Assembly (NCBI GenBank): GCA_963676835.2
Contig: CAXXFF010000003.1
Coordinates: 1 to 64,000, forward strand
Source: Marispirochaeta sp.
GTDB taxonomy: Bacteria > Spirochaetota > Spirochaetia > JC444 > Marispirochaetaceae
DNA: 64,000 nt
Reading direction: 5' to 3'
A program made the position numbers and the translations under genes. A model generated the notes under the pieces. It was not told the origin of the DNA. It saw only the letters and a program-made list of their open reading frames with translations, and ran no database searches. This document shows positions 21,094-27,839 of the stretch, in pieces (the stretch's first letter is position 1; every line of letters begins with the position of its first letter).

Positions 21094-21770
21094 ATAGTTA
21101 TTTCAATCCCTTTACTTACAAGCGTTGTCAAGTTGATATCAACAAATTTTCTCGCAGTAGGAAATGCTCCGTTTATTGAATTACCCTCCCTTCCGAAGGA
21201 TTGATGAACATGACCAAAAAGATGTAAAAGAGGCATTCTTTCTTTTACAAGTGCTTTCAATGCTGTACTGCCATAATTCTGTCCATCAAGAACTCCTGCC
21301 GGAGGTCCATGAGTAACCAGTATTGTTTTATCATCTATTTTTGATTTAAGTGTTTTAAAATCTTGTAACTGTTCTATTTCTTGTTTTTCATATAATCCAC
21401 CAAGAAATGGCGGCGTGTATTGATATCCTATGAAGCTATAACCTTTGTATTTTACTTTTTTCTGATTGATGTTAAGCAGTTTACCTATATTAGGCCATTT
21501 GATTCCGCCTTCTATTATTCCATCATCATTTCCCATAATAAAGAAAATATGCTTCCCACTGGATAAAAGGATTTTTTTGATCTCTACAATCATATGTTCT
21601 ATAGACTTCATATAGTCATTCACACCGTCTGATAGCTCATCTAACGGAACATGCGTCATCAGATCACCTGCTATTATTCCGAGATCATAATCTCCATCTT
21701 TAAGAATCCTTGAAAATTCGGAATATGCTTTATAATGTCCATGCAAATCACTTGTAAATAGTATTTTCAT
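21090..21770 (-). CDS. Calcineurin-like metallophosphoesterase
   Basis: SDLHG, AGD, GNDD, THGPP, GHVH; ATGA overlap with the SLOG gene. Confidence 0.9.
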   Translation of the reverse strand: MKILFTSDLHGHYKAYSEFSRILKDGDYDLGIIAGDLMTHVPLDELSDGVNDYMKSIEHMIVEIKKILLSSGKHIFFIMGNDDGIIEGGIKWPNIGKLLNINQKKVKYKGYSFIGYQYTPPFLGGLYEKQEIEQLQDFKTLKSKIDDKTILVTHGPPAGVLDGQNYGSTALKALVKERMPLLHLFGHVHQSFGREGNSINGAFPTARKFVDINLTTLVSKGIEITI

Positions 21771-21841
21771 CCAAATTTATCTATATTTTGTTATCATACA
21801 AGCTTTTAACCACCTGTTTTAAGAACTGAAAATTTGTGTGT

Positions 21842-22012
21842 ACATAACATCCAGTTGAGCTGCGTGGCGTGAAGCTGGCGTGGTTTGTGCTGCATACTCT
21901 TCCCCATTCTACTACGATATCAACTCGGAATCACCTGAAATCTGAATTCACCAGGTTTTCTTACTGCACAAACCATGACAGTAGCCATGACTGCTCCAAT
22001 TGCTGGTTATAT
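21842..22012 (-). repeat. attC, subtype A2 (171 bp)
   Basis: ACATAAC ATC CAGTTG variant...GTTATAT. Confidence 0.92.
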
Positions 22013-22022
22013 ACCAGCATTT

Positions 22023-22856
22023 CTATAACGCTCCGAATATAAGTTCTATTTCAATAGTATCAATTATATTATCATTGAATTTGAATGTTAGTAGATACAC
22101 ATCGTACATAGGATCAATCCAGAAACTTATCTCATCTTGTTTCTCGGTATACTGTTTGCCAAAAGTTGATTTAATAATATCAATATTATCATTCATGCTT
22201 ACTATTAAATCAGAAGAGTCAAAACTATTTATTATTATCTTTGCAATATCAAATCTACTATTTCCTTCTTGGTATAAAATCTGAATTGTTCCAAAAACAG
22301 TAGAATATTCTCTTAATGTACATGAAGAATAAATTTCAGCCGTCATAGCTGTTTCGGAAATACATTCTTTATTCTGAATCCATGACGATGGCACAAAATC
22401 ATTAGACAGGTTTAAATATTTATGCAGGATTTGTTTTCGTAATATGATTGGATTTAAACTTTTTGAATCTATTTTCTGAATACTTCCATTATCAAGCCAG
22501 AATGTTTCAGCATAATCATCTTTGAAGCTGATATATTTTCCATATACCCATCCACTAATGTTTTCTCCATGACGTTTATTTATTCGATACCAGGGATACA
22601 TTTCTCCATTTAGTTCAAACTTTTCTATAGTAGCATTATGGATATTTACCAAGTCACCTGTATTGAGATACCCTGATATTGAACCCCACTCTATATTTGG
22701 TAGAGAACGCACTCGAAGTCGTTCTGTATTACAGAATGGTAACGCATCTTCATATTCAGACCTTGAGACTAATCGCCCTCCTAAGTTTGACATTTGTGCA
22801 TTAAGTGTGATTATGGTTAACAGCAATAGCACCGTTACAATGCATTTTTTTACCAA
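22023..22856 (-). CDS. Secreted SH3b-domain protein
   Basis: Signal peptide; LRVRSLP..G..V..WYRI..GWVYGKYI. Confidence 0.75.
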   Translation of the reverse strand: MVKKCIVTVLLLLTIITLNAQMSNLGGRLVSRSEYEDALPFCNTERLRVRSLPNIEWGSISGYLNTGDLVNIHNATIEKFELNGEMYPWYRINKRHGENISGWVYGKYISFKDDYAETFWLDNGSIQKIDSKSLNPIILRKQILHKYLNLSNDFVPSSWIQNKECISETAMTAEIYSSCTLREYSTVFGTIQILYQEGNSRFDIAKIIINSFDSSDLIVSMNDNIDIIKSTFGKQYTEKQDEISFWIDPMYDVYLLTFKFNDNIIDTIEIELIFGAL

Positions 22857-22882
22857 TTTTATTTCCTATAATTTTTTTGTGT

Positions 22883-23064
22883 ATATAACGCCCAATTGAG
22901 CTGCAAAGCCGGGCCGCTTTAGCGGCATTGGCATGTGTTTTTGCTGCCTGATTACAGCATTATATAACAGTTGTATCTCGGAACCGCAACTTTTATTCAA
23001 GACTGTCTGGATCCTTGCAAAAACCATGACAATAGGCTTTGACTGCTCCAATTGCTTGTTATGG
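22883..23064 (-). repeat. attC, subtype A1 (182 bp)
   Basis: ATATAAC...GTTATGG. Confidence 0.93.
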
Positions 23065-23137
23065 AGCACCCCTTTATATCCAGCTCTTGGTAATTTGGGT
23101 GACGCCTTCAGGCGGAACCGGCTATTCGCTGTTATTG
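23065..23137 (-). repeat. Gene-proximal half of the type-B attC-like hairpin
   Basis: Minus strand CAATAAC AGCGAATAGCCG...AAATTACCAAGAGCTGG. Confidence 0.8.
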
Positions 23138-23196
23138 GAAGTGTCCTTTATTTGCGAGAAATCCACAAAAGGACAGGACGTTCTTTTGTGGATGGA

Positions 23197-23412
23197 CTAT
23201 GACGCTTTCCAATTTATATTAAGCTTCAAGTTCTTCTTTGCACAATCCGCAAGATAAAGATTTATTAATTGCTGGTATTTTATACCAGATTCTTCAGACA
23301 TTTCTTTAAAGTAATCAATCGTATCTTCATCAAGGCGTATTGTAATTTGTTTTTTCAGTTTATTAATATAAGGATTCTTTTTTGCATTAGAAAAGTCATA
23401 ATGATCTCTCAT
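23197..23412 (-). CDS. brnA: BrnA-family antitoxin
   Basis: MRDHYDFS..KQITIRLDEDTIDYFK..YQQLIN; follows BrnT. Confidence 0.88.
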   Translation of the reverse strand: MRDHYDFSNAKKNPYINKLKKQITIRLDEDTIDYFKEMSEESGIKYQQLINLYLADCAKKNLKLNINWKAS

Positions 23413-23416
23413 ATTC

Positions 23417-23701
23417 CTACCCTCCATATTGCTTAGTTTCATCTTTATCAGCTTTTCTGGCTGATATTATTCGTATTATTTCATCATCTGATCTGTAACA
23501 GTGACACACAATCAGAACCTTTAAACTTTGGGAAAGACCCATTATTAAAAACCGATCTTCTTCGGACGAATGATCAGGATCATGGATTATTAATGCAGAA
23601 GGATCAAAAAAGACCGTTTTTGCCTCTTCAAAAGTTACTTTATGCTTTTTTGTATTAGATTGGTTCTTTTCTTCATCCCATTCAAATTGAATGTGTGTCA
23701 T
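23417..23701 (-). CDS. brnT: BrnT-family toxin
   Basis: FEWDEEKN..KHKVTFEEA..EEDRF..IRIISARKA. Confidence 0.93.
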   Translation of the reverse strand: MTHIQFEWDEEKNQSNTKKHKVTFEEAKTVFFDPSALIIHDPDHSSEEDRFLIMGLSQSLKVLIVCHCYRSDDEIIRIISARKADKDETKQYGG

Positions 23702-23707
23702 ACATAT

Positions 23708-23736
23708 ATTATAACTACATTGTAGTGAATGGTCAA
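23708..23736 (-). promoter_or_regulatory. brnTA promoter with operator palindrome
   Basis: TTGACC-N17-TATAAT; ACTACA-T-TGTAGT in the spacer; predicted +1 near the ATG. Confidence 0.7.
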
Positions 23737-23799
23737 TTTATTTGTTTTTATACTCAAGCCAGGGATGGCGCCGCAACTATATTCTATGAAGGACATTTC

Positions 23800-23895
23800 C
23801 AATAACGTCCCGCGAATAGCCGAAGTTACCAAGACATCTGTACACGCTGTCCCTTGCCTTGTGTAAACAATGTACCTGGGCTGTACCCTGTGTCT
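23800..23895 (-). repeat. Distal half of the type-B attC-like hairpin
   Basis: Minus strand ...TCTTGGTAACTT CGGCTATTCGC GGGAC GTTATTG. Confidence 0.8.
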
Positions 23896-24070
23896 ACATA
23901 ACATCCAATTGAGCTGCATGCCGTCAAGTTGGCGTGCTTTATGCTGTTTTATAACCAGTATTATACAATTACTTTCGCTCGGAATCACATGGATTCTTTG
24001 CCCTTCACTTTCAACCTTCCATTGCATAAAGCATGACAATAGGCATGACTGCTCCAATTGCTGGTTAAAC
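23896..24070 (-). repeat. attC, divergent A2-like variant (175 bp)
   Basis: ACATAAC...GTTAAAC. Confidence 0.92.
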
Positions 24071-24395
24071 CGACATTGTGATGCCTTACATAACGCACTT
24101 GGAAAACGAAGCCATAGGTTGGATGACTTTTAGATTTCGAAGCGCACGACCATTCAAAAAGATGGCCCTTGCAGAACTATCATTTTGTTTATTCATCGGG
24201 TGCATTACCAAGAACTCGCCTGAAATATCGATACCTTTACCCGGATCTTGCCCATAATCAATCGAAGAGCCCTAATCTTTCCCGATTAATAAAAATCCAA
24301 GTAGATCCAACCATTTCGATTTTCTTGTCATGTGACCCACATTTCCATGCGTTTTCAGCGCAGGGCCTGATACATTTTCTCAATGGCGATTTAAC
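24064..24395. other. ORF-less cassette cargo, long imperfect palindrome (copy 2)
   Basis: Homologous to 14060-14392 with substitutions and a net 1-nt length difference. Confidence 0.75.
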
Positions 24396-24573
24396 ATCCA
24401 ATTGAGCTGCAAAACCGGGCCGCTTTAGCGGCATTGGCATGTGTTTTTGCTGCCTGGATACAGCATTATATAACCATTAATGCCCGGAACCGCAACTTTT
24501 TGTCTAAAACAAACCTGTGATCCCTGCAAAAACCATGACAATAGGGTTTGTCTGCTCCAATTGCTTGTTATCT
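24389..24573 (-). repeat. attC, subtype A1 (185 bp)
   Basis: ATTTAAC...GTTATCT; the gene stop TAA lies in the core. Confidence 0.93.
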
Positions 24574-25653
24574 TGTATCCACTACTTTAAGCCACTTATT
24601 ATTATCAAATCTATACGTTATCATTTCATCCGCATTTTTTATATTTATTACATTATCTATATATTGGAATTGGTACCCGTATCCATTCTCATTCCACAGT
24701 TTCTCTTCATATACCAGGTTATAATAGTCTCCATCCTCTTCGTATATTTTCAACCAAAAATCACTTGCATAAAATGCTCCAAAAGTAACAGCTACTTTCT
24801 TGTCATCTGAATATGTTGGGAATGAAAATGCATGCGAAACTTCTTTTTGGGTATTAGTATCATACAGGATATAAAAACGACCTTCTGGATAGTGCTTCTG
24901 TAGCCAAATCTGGTTATCATTGGCGATGTCGACTATACTGTAGTAATATTTTTCCTTTCCGATAGCATTATGAAAACCAATATTTTTATATTTTAGTACA
25001 GGACCATTTCGTTGGATATTTTCGTTGAACCTATTATTTAACTTATTTTCTCTAAATATAGCTTGCTCGTAGCTATTATGTATCTGATTTATATCATTAT
25101 AATGAACAACTTCAGAATAATATGATTCTTCTGAAACTTTAAGCTCATTGACTTTTATCCAACCAAATTCTAAATCTTCATTCGCCACAAAATAAAATTC
25201 AGCATTTTCATTATCACTATCTAAAAAGTAAAAATCTCCTGATCGAATTTGACTTTTGTTAGGGTTCCCTATTTCATTATAAATAGTGGTATTACTCAAG
25301 GTATACTTTTTATATAAATATAAACTTTCAATCGGAGCTCGATTTTCTACATACGACAATGTGCGTTCATCATTTAACTCTACATAGCCACTAAATACGT
25401 ATCCTTCAATTTCTTCTTTAGTGCGTATTTTGAACCAAAAACCACGTTTATCGCCAATTTCTTCTTTTAACCCAGTTCTTGATAGGTATGTAAATTCTTC
25501 ACCTGTTTTCAACTGCCCTATTTTGTTACTATCTAAACTTGGATATTCTCTAATATTCAAAGGACCATCAAAACAATGACCGTCTGAGTAAAAGTTATCG
25601 GCGAATAGTAGTGACATAGTGCATAAAAACATTATAAATAAATACTTTTTCAT
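24568..25653 (-). CDS. Secreted SH3b-domain protein
   Basis: Signal peptide; LNIREYPS..IGQL..WFKI..EGYVFSGYV. Confidence 0.78.
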   Translation of the reverse strand: MKKYLFIMFLCTMSLLFADNFYSDGHCFDGPLNIREYPSLDSNKIGQLKTGEEFTYLSRTGLKEEIGDKRGFWFKIRTKEEIEGYVFSGYVELNDERTLSYVENRAPIESLYLYKKYTLSNTTIYNEIGNPNKSQIRSGDFYFLDSDNENAEFYFVANEDLEFGWIKVNELKVSEESYYSEVVHYNDINQIHNSYEQAIFRENKLNNRFNENIQRNGPVLKYKNIGFHNAIGKEKYYYSIVDIANDNQIWLQKHYPEGRFYILYDTNTQKEVSHAFSFPTYSDDKKVAVTFGAFYASDFWLKIYEEDGDYYNLVYEEKLWNENGYGYQFQYIDNVINIKNADEMITYRFDNNKWLKVVDTR

Positions 25654-25672
25654 TAAAACCTTCCTGATATCC

Positions 25673-25843
25673 AGATAACATCCAATTGAGCTGCATGGCG
25701 TGAAGCTGGCGTGGTTTGTGCTGCAACTACTTACGCATTCTACTACGATTTTAGCTCGGAATCACCTGAAGTTAGATTCACCAGGTTTCCTTACCTGCAC
25801 AAACCATGACAGTAGCCATGACTGCTCCAATTGCTGGTTATAT
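25673..25843 (-). repeat. attC, subtype A2 (171 bp)
   Basis: AGATAAC...GTTATAT. Confidence 0.93.
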
Positions 25844-25853
25844 GGTAATCGCC

Positions 25854-26525
25854 TTAATTATTCCTATAACATGTATAACAGAGAGGTCTTGCCATTGTTG
25901 AATCTGTTTCTTCACCACATAAATGACATACATTTTCTATATAATCTTCATTTCCAAACTGTGCCCAAACATTGAAGCAATCCCAACAATAAGGTTTATA
26001 TGTATCAATTTTTATTTCTTCACCGCAACGAATGCAATATCCATGGTTTTTATGTTGAGTTCTTTCAGATGGAATGTTATTCGTTGGCATATAGGTATTG
26101 TCTTCCCTAGAATGTCTAATTATAGACTGTAACTCATTCATAGCATTTTCAAATAGATCTTGATCATTTTCACGAGTTATAAAAATACCCATTTCTTTAT
26201 TATTTTGCATCGAAAAATCATAAAAATTCATAGACGTAATTAACATCTTTTTCTCATTGGCATAACATTTTGCATGTAAGTTTTCACAAAAATACTTTTT
26301 AGCGTTGTGCAATGCGGCAAGCTTTTGTTCTTCAGAAGGATTTAGTTCGTTTTTACCGTATATGAAACTGATTTTAATTTCTTTTTCATTCGCATCAAAA
26401 AGCCGTTCATAAAAATCATCATTAATTTGTAAAAAAGGTGAACATAGGATAATTTCTTTATTCGCCTGATAAATAATCTCTTCAAGTTTTGCTGTAGCAC
26501 CTTTTGTTGTTAAAAATTCTGCCAT
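25854..26525 (-). CDS. Phospholipase D-family (HKD) protein with a C-terminal Cys-rich Zn-binding domain
   Basis: LHAKCYANE..ITSMN..N.EMG; CIRC, CWDC, CHLC, CYTC. Confidence 0.85.
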   Translation of the reverse strand: MAEFLTTKGATAKLEEIIYQANKEIILCSPFLQINDDFYERLFDANEKEIKISFIYGKNELNPSEEQKLAALHNAKKYFCENLHAKCYANEKKMLITSMNFYDFSMQNNKEMGIFITRENDQDLFENAMNELQSIIRHSREDNTYMPTNNIPSERTQHKNHGYCIRCGEEIKIDTYKPYCWDCFNVWAQFGNEDYIENVCHLCGEETDSTMARPLCYTCYRNN

Positions 26526-26637
26526 GAAGTATTTCCTTATTGTATTATGTAGAGTTCATGTTGAATTATAATTTATTTTATCACTTTGTGTAATTTATTT
26601 TGTTTGCTATATGTCCAAATACTCTAAATTTTTATCC

Positions 26638-26819
26638 ATATAACGCCCAATTGAGCTGCAAAGCCGGGCCGCTTTAGCGGCATTGGCATGTGTTTTTGCT
26701 GCCTGATTACAGCATTATATAACAGTTGTATCTCGGAACCGCAACTTTTATTCAAGACTGTCTGGATCCTTGCAAAAACCATGACAATAGGCTTTGACTG
26801 CTCCAATTGCTTGTTATGG
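26638..26819 (-). repeat. attC, subtype A1 (182 bp)
   Basis: Appears identical to 22883-23064. Confidence 0.93.
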
Positions 26820-26892
26820 AGCACCCCTTTATATCCAGCTCTTGGTAATTTGGGTGACGCCTTCAGGCGGAACCGGCTATTCGCTGTTATTG
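26820..26892 (-). repeat. Gene-proximal half of the type-B attC-like hairpin
   Basis: Same as 23065-23137. Confidence 0.8.
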
Positions 26893-26951
26893 GAAGTGTC
26901 CTTTATTTGCGAGAAATCCACAAAAGGACAGGACGTTCTTTTGTGGATGGA

Positions 26952-27167
26952 CTATGACGCTTTCCAATTTATATTAAGCTTCAAGTTCTTCTTTGCACAA
27001 TCCGCAAGATAAAGATTTATTAATTGCTGGTATTTTATACCAGATTCTTCAGACATTTCTTTAAAGTAATCAATCGTATCTTCATCAAGGCGTATTGTAA
27101 TTTGTTTTTTCAGTTTATTAATATAAGGATTCTTTTTTGCATTAGAAAAGTCATAATGATCTCTCAT
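26952..27167 (-). CDS. brnA: BrnA-family antitoxin (duplicate)
   Basis: Protein identical to 23197-23412. Confidence 0.88.
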   Translation of the reverse strand: MRDHYDFSNAKKNPYINKLKKQITIRLDEDTIDYFKEMSEESGIKYQQLINLYLADCAKKNLKLNINWKAS

Positions 27168-27171
27168 ATTC

Positions 27172-27456
27172 CTACCCTCCATATTGCTTAGTTTCATCTT
27201 TATCAGCTTTTCTGGCTGATATTATTCGTATTATTTCATCATCTGATCTGTAACAGTGACACACAATCAGAACCTTTAAACTTTGGGAAAGACCCATTAT
27301 TAAAAACCGATCTTCTTCGGACGAATGATCAGGATCATGGATTATTAATGCAGAAGGATCAAAAAAGACCGTTTTTGCCTCTTCAAAAGTTACTTTATGC
27401 TTTTTTGTATTAGATTGGTTCTTTTCTTCATCCCATTCAAATTGAATGTGTGTCAT
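27172..27456 (-). CDS. brnT: BrnT-family toxin (duplicate)
   Basis: Protein identical to 23417-23701. Confidence 0.93.
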   Translation of the reverse strand: MTHIQFEWDEEKNQSNTKKHKVTFEEAKTVFFDPSALIIHDPDHSSEEDRFLIMGLSQSLKVLIVCHCYRSDDEIIRIISARKADKDETKQYGG

Positions 27457-27554
27457 ACATATATTATAACTACATTGTAGTGAATGGTCAATTTATTTGT
27501 TTTTATACTCAAGCCAGGGATGGCGCCGCAACTATATTCTATGAAGGACATTTC

Positions 27555-27650
27555 CAATAACGTCCCGCGAATAGCCGAAGTTACCAAGACATCTGTACAC
27601 GCTGTCCCTTGCCTTGTGTAAACAATGTACCTGGGCTGTACCCTGTGTCT
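27555..27650 (-). repeat. Distal half of the type-B attC-like hairpin
   Basis: Same as 23800-23895. Confidence 0.8.
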
Positions 27651-27704
27651 ACATAACATAACCACTTATCCACTTTTCAGTATAACTCTGTAATTCCAAG
27701 TAAC
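27651..27704 (-). other. attI: attI recombination site (core G|TTATGT at 27657-27651)
   Basis: First cassette starts at a GTT core with no attC arm beyond it; extra core-like GTTATAC (27686-27680) and GTTACTT (27704-27698) upstream. Confidence 0.8.
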
Positions 27705-27839
27705 ACTGCACAATAAATCCAGAAACGTTTTATTTATCATCCCATGAAGCAGTATACCACTTCTCACGGTATCAGTTATACGTATGCAGTATAACTCTAT
27801 ACAGGAGGTTTCGCTATCAAATTTTCAACCTACCTTTCG

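Noticed and set aside
23698..24057. 119-aa ORF upstream of brnT as a third TA component
   Set aside because: It spans an attC and the type-B half-site, and differs in the duplicate cassette.
3506..26819. Recurring repeats as a CRISPR array or REP family
   Set aside because: Repeats are 170-185 bp, separated by whole genes, carry TAAC/GTTA cores and lie next to intI; no cas genes in the window.
10280..26957. Short ORFs over attC sites (MSCKA.., MLQQLT.., MLHNKQ.., MCFCC..)
   Set aside because: Chance translations of repeated attC sequence that cross cassette junctions.
27658..27839. E. coli-type LexA box CTG-N10-CAG at the intI promoter
   Set aside because: No such match seen; only a weak Leptospira-type match, reported under findings.
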